A stretch of 64,000 nucleotides of DNA from Octopus vulgaris (Eukaryota), in contig OX597820.1 in NCBI GenBank assembly GCA_951406725.2, positions 103,664,001-103,728,000 of the forward strand, read 5' to 3'. The translations under genes were made by a program, and so were the position numbers. Positions 38,415 through 49,569 of the stretch are shown in pieces. A model generated the notes under the pieces. That model had not been told where the DNA came from and ran no database searches. It worked only from the letters and a program-made list of their open reading frames with translations. Position 1 is the stretch's first letter, and each line of letters begins with the position of its first letter.

Positions 38415-40410
38415 AGGACTGCTTCACTGGCCTGGGCCGCCGACCATCCCCGTGGACGCCTGCCCCTGGCCAGATCCTAGCAGTGGATCTTTTCGCGGGC
38501 GCTTGTCAGCGTGCATTGGAGCGGTTCAACTTCTCCAGGCGCCAACGCCGCCTCAACATCTCCCCGGCTGAGCTCTTGGCTCTTCGTTCCCTCCAACGGC
38601 GCGCTGACATTATCATCAAACCGGCTGACAAGGGTGGAGCTGTAGTGGTGTGGCGCGCGGACCTCTATAGGGCCGAGGCTTTCCACCAACTCAATGACAC
38701 CTCCTTCTAGTCCCCTCTGCCCTCTAACCCCACACGTAGCTACCAACAGACGGTATCCTCTACTGTCCGCGACCTCATCTCGTCCTCCCGTCTCCCCCAC
38801 ACCGCATCCAACCTAATTGTGCGAACCCCACGTACCCCCACCATTTACTTCCTCCCCAAAATCCACAAACCCAACAACCCTGGCCGCCCCATCGTCTCCG
38901 CCTGTAACTGCCCCACGGAGCTCATCTCTAAATACCTCGACCATGTCCTTGCCCCCCTAGTGGCATCTCTTCCCTCCCACATCCACGATACCAACCATGC
39001 TCTCCGGCTTTTCAACTCTTTCTCCTTTCCTCCCGGCTCCTCCAAAATCCTTTTTACTATGGACATCCAAAGCCTCTATACTGTTATCCCTCACCACGAA
39101 GGACTGCAGGCCCTTCGACACTTTCTTGACCTCCGCTCTAACCCTGTACCTGACACCTCCACACTCATTCGTCTGGCCGAACTTGTCCTTACTCTGAACT
39201 GCTTCTCGTTCGCGGGCGAGTTCTACCATCAGGTCTCGGGAGTGGCCATGGGAACGTGAATGGGCCCCAACTATGAGAACCTGTTCGTTGGCTATGTTGA
39301 GGCCCAAATATTCTCTAATTTCACTGGTCCCACTCCTGAACTATATGGTCGTTACATTGACGACATTATCGGTGCCACCTCACTCTCCCGCGAACATCTA
39401 GATTCCTTCCTCTCTTTCGTCCAATCTTTCCATCCAGCCCTCCACTTCACTTCCACTATCTCCAACACCTCTGTCTCCTTCCTCGACATTTCGGTTAGCA
39501 TTCTTCACTCCACTCTTACCACCTCCATTCACTACAAACACACAGACTCACACTCATACCTCAACTTCTCTTCCTCCCACCCAGAACACACCAAGCTTTC
39601 CATCCCCTATTCCCAATTCCTCCGTCTACGTAGGCTCTGTAGTGACGACCATGACTTTGAGACTCAGTCTCAACGTATGGCTCACCACTTCACCCTACGT
39701 GGATACCCCCTCACCACTATCCACACCGCCCTTGCCAGAGCACGGTCCGTGGACCGTGTATCTGCTCTCTCTCCCCGAACCCGCCCTGTAGTCTCCCGCC
39801 TCCCTTTTCCCCTCACTTACCACCCCACGACCCTACGTCTCCAACGCACCATTCTTCGAGCTTTCCGTCATCTCCAGTCCGACCCGTCCACTTCACACCT
39901 CTTCCCTAACCGACCCCTCCCCTCTTTCAAACGAGCCCACAACCTTCGAGATCTTTTGGTCCATAGCTCCTTCCCTGACCCTACCTCCCAACCCGGCTCG
40001 TTCCCCTGCTCCCGCCCACGTTGCCGCACTTGCCCTTACCTCTCCAACACCACCCGCCTCACTAGCACCCACCATCGACCCTATCCCATCATCCACTCCT
40101 TCACCTGCACCTCCAGCAATATTATCTATTGCATCTCTTGCTCTCTCTGCAATTCCTTGTACATCGGACAAACGGGACGCCGCTTGGCTGACCGGTTCGC
40201 GGAACACCTTCGTGACATCCACCTTGCGAACGACACACCGGTCTCACGCCATTTCCGCTCCACCGGTCACTCCTTGCAACACCTATCTGTGTTCGGTTTG
40301 TCCTTACACAGAGGCCATCCGGATTCCCGTTTGCGCCGTGAACAGGAATTAATCTTCTCTCTTCGCTCTTATACGCCATTTGGTCTCAACTCTCCCCCCT
40401 CCTCATCTAA
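38414..40410 (+). pseudogene. PLE reverse transcriptase / GIY-YIG endonuclease with two in-frame stops
   Basis: Single frame: SPWTPAPGQ, IIKPADKGGAVVVW, LPKIHK..PGRPIVS, MDIQSLYT, GVAMGT*MGP, RYIDD, CSRPRCRTC, IYCISCSLC..YIGQTGR..RFAEH, PFGLN. Stops TAG 38708-38710 and TGA 39257-39259. Confidence 0.9.
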
Positions 40411-40958
40411 CCCCCCTCTCCCCCTCCTCACCTATCCTTTTCCCCCGACCCCTACTTCTTCAGTCCTTCATCCTTTCACCCCTACTCCCCTTCCCTTCTT
40501 CCCTCTTTCTCCCTCCCTCTTCCCCTTCCCTCTGCTCCCTCACTCCCTCTCTCCCCTTCTCTCTCCCCCTCTCCCTCTTTCCTCCTTCATCCCCCTCCTC
40601 CCCCTCCTCTCCTCTTCCCCCCTCTCCTCCCCCTCTTCTACCCCTCCCCTTCTCTCCCCCTCTTCTCCCCTCCCCCTCTTCTCCTCACTACACCACATGA
40701 CTTTACACATCACATCACATATGATGTGCCATACTAATACATACACCAACCCTATACATACACACATCCAGACCCCTTCTACGCACTATTAGCTGGTCCC
40801 TCAACCCTTTTATCAACCCTATTATCTCCCCTTATTTCGTTCTCGCGTCTCATGTTTGATCTTTGACCTCTGGCCGAAATCAGATCGCCATGTTGATTCG
40901 TTAGCTACTGCACGCATTTTTTTCTCTCCTTCTTTCTGTGTTTTTCTCTCTCTGTGTA

Positions 40959-40996
40959 TCTTTCTGTTGAAGAGCGTAGGTTCGAAACGTTAAAGA
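40959..40996 (+). ncRNA. Minimal type I hammerhead ribozyme of the PLE pLTR (A6U core variant)
   Basis: TCTTT CTGTTGA A GAGC gtag GTTC GAAA CG T T AAAGA. Stem I 5 bp, stem II 4 bp (one G-U), palindromic stem III AACGTT. Confidence 0.65.
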
Positions 40997-41104
40997 CTTG
41001 TTTTATTTATATTTCCTGAGCGCCATACTAATACAATTGTTCGTTTGTTTTCCACCTGCCTTCGTCTTTTGTTTATTTTCATAAAGCTTCCCGTTATATA
41101 TATA

Positions 41105-41625
41105 TGGTAACTGCTTCTTCTCTGATTCCTTCTCTCCCTCTCTCTCTCGGTCACTGCTTCTGTCCTCGCCTTCCACCCTCCTTGGTCCCCTCTCTCTCTT
41201 ACCCCCTTCCCTCTCTTACCCCCTTCTCTCTCTTACCCTCTTGCCACTTGCTGCCTCAGCCATTCTGTTTCCATCGGCCGCTTGTTCAACATGTGTCTTA
41301 TCACCGAAAAGATAATTATTTTTCCACGCTTGCTGATATTGTTTTTGTGTCTCTCTTTTTGTCTCAAAGCCGTAGGGCGCCTGTGTCATCCATGTTTTTA
41401 ACCGTTACTGTCTCTAAAAAAGATTTTTCGTTTCATGTTCGTCTCTGTTGCGTTCCATTCTTTCCTTCTGTGGCTGGCTGATTCAGAGCGGATTTCAGAA
41501 TTAAACAGCCGAAATCTGCGATGAGGGATCAGTTTCTGACTGAAGAATGAAGGCTTTGAATGAGCCGTTTGTCTTTTTGTTCGTCCCTTCGTGTATTTCA
41601 TGTTATTTATTTATGTAAAGGTTTA
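41105..41625 (+). mobile_element. Second pyrimidine-rich pLTR-like segment stacked between (TA)n tracts
   Basis: CT-rich tract followed by a T-rich tail ending at (TA)n, the same architecture as the adjacent PLE 3' end. Confidence 0.4.
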
Positions 41626-41947
41626 TTATATATATATATATATATAAGCATGCATATACAGGCTGGTGTCCGCGCGTTTCTGTATATGTGTGTGTTTAAA
41701 TAGGGAGGTGATTTTGTTTCAAGTAGATTTTAATAAAGACACGACTATGTTCAAGTTTAATCTTATTTGATTCTTTTAATTAAAGATATTTTATATAATC
41801 TTACTATTTTGTTAGTCCTCTGCCTTCAGCTTGAAACAATAGCGTTCCTAAATCTATTAGACCAAGAATATTTCAAAACTTTCCCAGTCCCATCTTTACT
41901 ATAATTTGATAGTAACAATTGTACGGTTTTCATGTGTTTTCCTGTAG

Positions 41948-42043
41948 GTTGCAAAGGATCAAGAGAACAGTCTTATAACTGATAAAATCATCAACGCCGG
42001 ATCTCTAAATTATACAACTGTTGCATTTTGGTTGATCTCATGA
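41948..42043 (+). CDS. Candidate terminal coding exon of an unidentified host gene
   Basis: Acceptor ttttcatgtgttttcctgtag| followed by the open frame VAKDQENSLITDKIINAGSLNYTTVAFWLIS*. No homology recognised. Confidence 0.2.
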   Translation, partial: VAKDQENSLITDKIINAGSLNYTTVAFWLIS

Positions 42044-42962
42044 TATATTTTTCGTGTGATGTACAAATGTGTTGAGTTTTGGTTTAAAGCTACCGTTGTT
42101 AATCTCTCTAATGTTTCTGAGAGTGTGTTTTTGTAATTTTATATACAATTATTGAGCTGATATTTAAGTTTTTCTCTCTAATTTCAATTTGCTGTATTAT
42201 GATGCATTTGGTTGTAAGCGTGTATGTATATTAAGTGGGACACTCATATACATATACACACAAACTCATTCATATCCAGGGGTATATTCATGTCACTCCA
42301 TATGCGTGCGTGTTTGTGTGCGTGCGTGCGTGCGTGCGTGTGTGTGTGCATACGTATGTGTGTGTGTATACTACAGCCTCAGATGAACCAATGTCTTGAG
42401 AATGAACTTTAGTAGATGCATGCGTGCATATTTGCGAATGCGTATGTGCGTGTGTATATGTATGTGGGAGTGTGTGTCGGTGTGGATGAGGAATTCTTGT
42501 ACGTGCTTGTGATATGAAAACGTATGTGTGTGCGTGCATGCGGAAAAAGAGTCATGATTGGCTGTTTTATTTGTTGATACCATGACATCATTTCCGGACC
42601 CTCCATAGCATAGAATTTCTTCTTGAATACAAATTGCCATTCACTTCTCTTCTGAGGAATTCTTATATACAATAAACTCTTATATTGACTAATACACTAG
42701 AAACTGGGATATCAATATAGCTAAACTTTTGGACTGGGGAAATTATAATGGATATAGATATAGTTTATCATTACTATTCTTATTATTTGTATAAACATAA
42801 GTATTAACTTTCTTCTTCGTTGTTCCTTCTTTTTTCTTCTCCCTCTTCTTGTTTTTATTATTGTTTGTTATTTCGAAGCTTTCTGAGTTTCATCAGTCTG
42901 TGTATGCATATACAAATACATATACACGTGCATGCATTTACATATATACTTGTATACAGTAA

Positions 42963-42995
<33 letters not shown>

Positions 42996-43038
42996 CAGCA
43001 GCAGCAGTAGCAGCAGTAGTAGTATTAGTAGTAGTAAC

Positions 43039-43085
<47 letters not shown>

Positions 43086-43164
43086 CAGCAGCAGTAGTAG
43101 TAGTAGCAGCATCAGCAGTAGTAGTATTAGTAGTAGTAACAGCATCAGCAGTAGTAGTAGCAGC

Positions 43165-43250
<86 letters not shown>

Positions 43251-43281
43251 CAGTAGTAGTAGCAGTAGTAGCAGTAGTAGC

Positions 43282-43336
<55 letters not shown>

Positions 43337-43357
43337 ACAGCAGCTGCAGCAGTAGTA
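42963..43357. repeat. (AGT)/(AGC) trinucleotide microsatellite
   Basis: Direct inspection. Confidence 0.95.
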
Positions 43358-43564
43358 ATAGTCCAATACGTTATCTCATTTCTTAAATCTGGAAGTTTAT
43401 CACCATGAAACCGTTCGGTGACGTTAATTGGCCGTTATAAGACTATAATATATCATTAATAATACTTCTGATAATATATATGTTTGTTACTTTTTTGTTT
43501 CTGTCACACTTGATTAAGAAGCTCTATTGTACTTTATCTTTGTAATGTTGTAAATAATCATTTC

Positions 43565-43757
43565 TAGTATAAGCACAGGGCCTGAAATTTTGTGTGTGTG
43601 GAAGTTTATCGATTACATCGACCCAAGTGATCAACTGGTACTTATTTTACGACCCCGAAAGGGTGAAAAGCAAACTTGAATTCAGAACATATAGATAGAC
43701 AAAATGCCGCTAAGCATTTTGTCTAGCGTGCTAACGATTCCACCAGGTCACTACCTT
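43565..43757 (-). mobile_element. Degenerate parental (untailed) SINE A
   Basis: gcacagggcctgaaatttt...actggtacttattttacgaccccgaaagg...gctaagcattttg. Confidence 0.7.
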
Positions 43758-44438
43758 GATATGGTAAATAATGAAAACTTATTACAAGGATTGGGCTCGA
43801 AAAAGCGATGCGGGAACCGACTCACCGTAGTGAAGTTGATGAAATGATATTCAATTGAAACGTCTGTAAATTAATGCCAGTAGATAACAATCCTGAGTAT
43901 CGGTTACAACATCAAAATTTTGTGGGGCAAAGCTCACAGTACGCACGACCAGTGAGAAAATTTGTCACGGCTGATCTAGGTGGCGGTGTTCGAAGTTTAA
44001 AACGTGTCTTGCAGGTAGCAGGACGCATTTTAACTTTTATATAGAAGACAGTAAAACAGTACATCTGCTATTGAGTTTGTGATTGTATGTTACACATTGG
44101 TACGGGATTTATTGTCAACTAGCAGGCTGGTTCTCTCATTGTTATTCGATGCAGTCTATAATGTACCAGCTGCACCGTTCTACATTTCTAATTGATGATA
44201 GAACGTGGGTAACGTTTGTGCTTTGTATGTGGCTAAAGCAATTGTTCAGGACTGGTGTATTGTGTGTGTGGTGACTTGACAAATATGAAGAGTTAATCAA
44301 GCAAACATTCTAATATTTATAACTTCCATCAGGTGAGTGAGGACACTGATTCAAATCGCCACTCATGACGCACAAATTTGTATATGTACGTGTCTGCTCG
44401 TGTGTGTGTGAGTATATATATATGTGTGTGTGTGCATG

Positions 44439-44488
<50 letters not shown>

Positions 44489-44616
44489 TGTGTGTGCGTT
44501 CGCGTGTGTGTGGTGAGAGAGGGAAAGAGAAATAGATGTATACGCACACACACACATACAGAAACACACTGATACATGCATACATGCGTACATACATGTA
44601 CATATATACACGCGCT

Positions 44617-44672
<56 letters not shown>

Positions 44673-45347
44673 CTTGCATGTATGTATGTATGTATGTATG
44701 TATGTATACACTGGCATATATACTTATATGTACAAATTTATAAATGTGTGCATGTGTGTATGTGTGTTTATGTGCATATGCATGTCCGTCTCTTTATACA
44801 CGCAGTAAAAGTTCACATATATACACAAGTAGTGAAGTTATAACGAATATCGATCACCAATATGACAGATTTTTTCAGCGTATCAAAATCTGTTTCAATC
44901 CCTACCCATGATCGTATCGAACTAACATACTGAGACGATACTTATATACTTCGGTATAAAGAAATGATTAACAACGAAATAAAATCGAACTGTTCTCCCA
45001 CGCAGCCCCTTTTCTCCTTTTTCCTTTTTACATAAATGAAATAAAAAGCAAAGAAAAATAAACTGAGAAATTAGTTTTGAGCCAACAATCCCGTAAAGGC
45101 AGACATGCAGGCGATATACAATATCGATTAGAAAACCGACAATGCAACTGTTCAGAGGAGCATTTGCCTTAACCGTGAATGAGACGCTATTGCAAGCAGC
45201 TGTGTCAGACGAAGGCACTAAATACAAAGTTGTCGCTGTTTACGTTACCATTTGTTAGTATTCTGCACCTTTACAATGAGAAAGAGAAATTAGGCAAAAC
45301 AAAAGCAGTTGTGCAATTCACTTTGTTCTTTGTGCATGCACTAAAAA

Positions 45348-45620
45348 TATGGAGATGTACTTGCATAGCAAGTGATTTGATCTGAGATCGTGTGCTGGAA
45401 CGAAAACAATTGCAGCGTGGAAGGTGTTTGTAAGCCATTTAAGAAACACACAAAAGTCGTTCGATTCACTTCAACATTTAAGTTTAATTTTTCAAAATAT
45501 TTTCGTCGCTCTAAGACCGCGACCTGTTCACTGACAAAAATCCGTGATGCATCACAGATTTTTGTCAGTGAACGGGACTTTTGTGTGTTTCTTAAATGGC
45601 ATACAAACACCTTCCACACT
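45348..45620 (-). mobile_element. Short PLE-type element, family B, copy 2, with nested inverted repeats
   Basis: Palindrome 45526-45573; 45576-45620 is the reverse complement of 45414-45458. Confidence 0.75.
45490..45536 (-). ncRNA. Minimal type I hammerhead with G3-C8 core swap
   Basis: TGTCA GTGAACA G GTCGC ggtcttaga GCGAC GAAA ATAT T T TGAAA. Perfect 5-bp stem II; one mismatch in stem I. Confidence 0.6.
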
Positions 45621-45689
45621 AAAAATATGCTAATTTCGAATGTCAGTCTTAATCTTGGCCTTAGTTCTTCCCGTGCAGTTGGTTTGTAC

Positions 45690-46040
45690 ACTGGGCCGCC
45701 AGACGTCTCCAATAATCCTGGTTTATGCATTATCGCCTGCATCTTCCTAGATGATGCCAAGTTGCTTTAGATCTTTGATGGTGCCACGCCATCTCTTCTT
45801 GAACTTCCTTGCTTTCCTCCTCCCTCTGGTTGTACGCTTTGCACGGCTATCTGTTATGGTTATTCGTTCTTCTGGCAGTTGAGGAAAATGACCAACAAGT
45901 CTCACTCTTTTCTTCGTCAACCATCTCCTACAGGCTACGCAGATTGGTTCTTTTAAGGGCTTCTTTGTTTGTGAATCTGTCCCTTGCCCCTTGAGTATCT
46001 TGAGTATTCTGCGTAGAAACCATTGCTGGGATACAGAAGT
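45690..46040 (-). pseudogene. RTE-clade LINE 3' fragment
   Basis: QQWFLRRILKI...RVRLVGHFPQLPEER...RKARKFKKRWRGTIKDLKQLG resembles the RTE ORF C-terminus. Confidence 0.65.
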
Positions 46041-46871
46041 AAGACTTAGCAGTAGACGGACGTGGGGGTCAAAAGAGTAGCTGATGTATGTGTGAGTGCA
46101 TGTGTGTCGCTGTGTGTGTACGTATGTGTTTGTGTATGTGCGTATGAGTGTGTTTATGTGCGTATGAGTGTGTGCATGTATATACTTGCATGTGTGTTTG
46201 CGTATGAGTGTCTGTGTACGGGTGTGCATGTCGGTATGGGTGAGGAGTAAACGTGGGTGGGTGTGCAGTAGATATGTATGTTGTGTGTGAGAGGGTGTAA
46301 GTTATGTATGTAGGTGTGTGGAAGTGCGTGGAAGATAAGAGGAAAGAAAAAAGGAGGGGAACTGCAGAAGAAAGGAGAATGAGAGAGAAGGAAGTTGAAA
46401 CATGATAACCAGACAGTTAATGAATTGCTGAAATGAATTGACAGGTGTATGTTTGTATGTATGTATGTATGTATGTTTATATGCATGTATGATGTATTTA
46501 TGTATGCATCTATGTATGTATGTATGTATGTATGTATGTATGTATGTATGTATGTATGTATGTATGTATGTATGTATATGCAGATTTGTATGATTTATGT
46601 ATGCATTCTCATGCATATAGTTGCATATCTAGACATGCTCATCTATGTTTAAATGATAAAATTCTGGAAAGTTTTACAGATTTTTACAGTTCCAGTGATG
46701 GATTGGATCTGTACTCTTCGAATTGACTTTCTCTGTTCCTCGATTGTGTTGTTACTGACGTTGTGTTTAGCCATGTTGTTTGTAGTAACTCTCTGCATTC
46801 TAAATTCAAGTTTCAGTCGAAAATGTATGTATGTATGTATGTATGTATGTATGTATGTATACGTGTGTGTG

Positions 46872-46925
<54 letters not shown>

Positions 46926-46977
46926 CATATATATATATATATATACACACACACATATATATCTGCATATATGTGTG

Positions 46978-47121
46978 TGTGTGGTTAGAAGCTTGCTTTC
47001 CAACATGGTTCCGGGTTCAGTCCCACTGCGTGGCACCTTGGGCAAATGTCTTCTACTATAGCCTCAGGCCGACCAAAGACGTGTGACTCGATTTGATAGA
47101 CGGAAACTGAAAGAAGCCCGT

Positions 47122-47125
<4 letters not shown>
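46978..47125 (+). mobile_element. SINE family D, 5' part
   Basis: ggttccgggttcagtcccactgcgtggcaccttgggcaaatgtc. Confidence 0.75.
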
Positions 47126-47207
<82 letters not shown>

Positions 47208-47439
47208 CGTGCATGTGTGCACATATGTGTGTGAGTGCGGCGTTCTACAGTCGTCATTTATTTTAATCAATTTGTGAAAATATTCACGAAACTTTCACTC
47301 ATTTTTTTCATTTAATCCCCATTTTCATTTTCAAAAAAGTTTCTGAGAAAAATGTTCTCAATCTATACAAGAGGAGTCGGAGTAAGTGTAGATGATCAGT
47401 ATTCTACAGTGAAGCAAATACGAGTACAGATAGCCACAG

Positions 47440-47745
47440 TAAGGTCACTAGAGACCCCTGCACGAGGAGCTGATTGAGAAGGTTCCTCGAATAGTCTTGG
47501 AATGCCGTCGCGTAACAATCCAGGAAGTTGTTCACGAAGTGGGAACAAGCACAAGATCAGTGTATTCAATTTTAATAGAGGACTGTGTATGCGGAAAGTG
47601 TCGGCGAAATTCGTCCCCAAAGTGCCGGCGAAACACCAGAAGTAACTCAGCATGGAAATCGCTCCGGACATGCTGGACTGTGCAAGCTGCGACCCAGCCT
47701 TCATGAAGATCATCGTTACCGGTGAGGAGACATGAGTTTATGGGG
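47440..47745 (+). pseudogene. Mariner transposase N-terminal remnant
   Basis: CRRVTIQEVVHEVGTSTRSVYSILIED (HTH), SAKFVPK, MKIIVTGEET*VYG (ITGDETWV motif). Confidence 0.75.
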
Positions 47746-48012
47746 TTTGTTCGATATGTTCGGTGACCTTGTGTGAAAATCCGACTATCACCTATTACAT
47801 GCCTGTACTCTAGGCGAAACAGCCAGAAACTGGAGCAGCCTGCCGGCTCGAAAAGTTTCATTCATATTCTTGAAGGCTGGTGTCACCTCCCAGCCAAAGG
47901 ATTTTGCCAACGCGGCACTAGTTTGCGGAGGAAAGAAATTATGTTAGATACTTAATACTTTTTGGACGCATGTGTGTGTATGGGTGTATGTATGTATATG
48001 TGTGTATCTATG

Positions 48013-48049
<37 letters not shown>

Positions 48050-48495
48050 GAGTAAATGTAATGAGAAGCAAGTTAGCCAAGTCGAGAACACCTGTCTCTA
48101 ACCTATAACATATATATATATATATATAAATATACACAAAAACAGCCATACCAACATACCTCATCAACAGCTGCCCGACGGATATAATTATGGTTTCGAC
48201 ACCTGCGGTGTCAACAGCACTAGAATAAGTGTTGTTTAGAAACAAACATACCAAAGAAACCACACCTTTCAAACACATTTACCCTATGTACAACCGTATC
48301 GGTAAATAAATTCAATAAGTAAATTACAGCCAACTCCTAAATACGTAACTAAACTGCGAGCAATCCATTAAGTCATACAAAAATTATATTCCTTACCGCC
48401 TTCCATAGTACAACATAAAAGTGAAAGCTTATTAACCACATTCAGTCAATCAGTTAAATTACAGGCAGGATTAAACACTAACTTTAATAAAATTG

Positions 48496-48537
<42 letters not shown>

Positions 48538-48692
48538 AATAATAAATAATTTGGACAAATAAGTAAAAGTCGATTAGTATGTTTAATTGCTGAGTAGAGC
48601 ACAGGCACAGTTTAGGCTACCTGTTGTCATCCGCAGTCGTGGTACACTTCTGTTGGGTTTACTTCGGGAACTCTGCAGTGACAGTTAGGGTA

Positions 48693-48795
48693 ATAATATT
48701 AATTAACAGGTGATGGATTTGGTATTAAATCTTTATTGGGTCAAAACATATATTGTACCCAATGAAGATTTAATACTGAATCCATCTCCTGTTAA

Positions 48796-48805
<10 letters not shown>
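48693..48805. repeat. Fold-back with ~49-bp arms next to (TA)n
   Basis: 48693-48741 versus 48757-48805; ends in taatattaatta like the element at 49141. Confidence 0.7.
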
Positions 48806-48826
<21 letters not shown>

Positions 48827-48827
48827 C

Positions 48828-49073
48828 TACGGAGATGTACTTGCATAGCAAGTGATTTGATCTGAGATCGTGTGCTGAAACGAAGACAATTGCAGCGTGG
48901 AAGGTGTTTGTAAGCCGTTTAAGAAACACACAAAAGCCGTTCGATACTTCAACATTTAAGTTTAATTTGTCAAAATATTTTCGTCGTTTTAAGACCGCGA
49001 CCTGTTCACTGACAAAAATCCGTGCTGCATCTTGTGTGTTTCTTAAATGGCTTACAAACACCTTCCACGCTGC

Positions 49074-49077
<4 letters not shown>
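48828..49077 (-). mobile_element. Short PLE-type element, family B, copy 3, flanked by (TA)n on both sides
   Basis: 49032-49077 is the reverse complement of about 48888-48933. Confidence 0.8.
48966..49016 (-). ncRNA. Minimal type I hammerhead with G3-C8 core swap
   Basis: TTTGTCA GTGAACA G GTCG cggtcttaaaa CGAC GAAA ATAT T T TGACAAA. Stem I 7 bp, stem II 4 bp, palindromic stem III. Confidence 0.65.
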
Positions 49078-49140
<63 letters not shown>

Positions 49141-49149
<9 letters not shown>

Positions 49150-49545
49150 TTAGAGACAAAACCACTATTATGCAAATCAAACAAAGAAAGACTTAATCCA
49201 ATACATAAAAAATTTTATATAGATTAAATAAAATTAAATTCTCCACTACAATTGTTTCGTGTCTCTTCTAAGGACATTCATAACTTAAAATTGAATAGAA
49301 GATCTGAATACCACCTGATGAATGTCCTTAGAAGAGACACGAAACAATTGTAGTGGCGAATTTAATTTTATTTAATTTATATAAATTTTTTTATGTATTG
49401 GATTAAGTCTTTCTTTGTTTGATTTGCATAATAGTGGTTTTGTCTTTAATTAATATTATATAATATTTTACTATAAAATTGGATTCAGTCCTAAATCTGA
49501 TCTTTCCCTGTAAATTTGGATTTATTCCCTAATATTTATTATTAT
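49141..49545 (+). mobile_element. PLE pLTR-type element with ~140-bp inverted 5' copy, in (TA)n
   Basis: Arms 49141-49281 and 49318-49458; hammerhead at the start of the right arm. Confidence 0.8.
49311..49356 (+). ncRNA. Minimal type I hammerhead ribozyme, canonical core
   Basis: CCAC CTGATGA a TGTC cttagaaga GACA c GAAA CAATTG T A GTGG. Stem III is the palindrome ACAATTGT; GUA cleavage triplet. Confidence 0.8.
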
Positions 49546-49569
49546 TATATATATATATATATATAGGAA

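Larger units (their letters stand above)
38413..41094 (+). mobile_element. Penelope-like element, Neptune-type, 5'-truncated, inserted in (TA)n
   Basis: RT plus Cys-rich linker plus GIY-YIG ORF, a polypyrimidine tract (40410-40685), a 3' pLTR with a hammerhead motif, and TA repeats at both ends. Confidence 0.92.

Noticed and set aside
38708-39259. Programmed read-through or selenocysteine at the two in-frame stops of the PLE ORF
   Set aside because: Both are explained by single substitutions at expected Tyr and Arg codons. No recoding signal was seen.
40411-40792. Pro/Ser/Leu-rich C-terminal extension of the 510-aa ORF
   Set aside because: Read-through into the polypyrimidine 3' region. Homology ends at PFGLN, and the older copy stops just after it.
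41461-41528. Possible hammerhead ttccttctgtggctg...cagccgaaatctgcgatgaggga
   Set aside because: The core is incomplete and there is G at the cleavage position; at best a decayed copy.
42820-43408. Poly-Ser, poly-Val and poly-Leu ORFs
   Set aside because: Trinucleotide microsatellite.
48185-48222. Hammerhead-like ctgttgacacc-gca-ggtgtcgaaac on the minus strand
   Set aside because: A stem II and GAAA are present, but the core overlaps the stem and stems I and III could not be formed.
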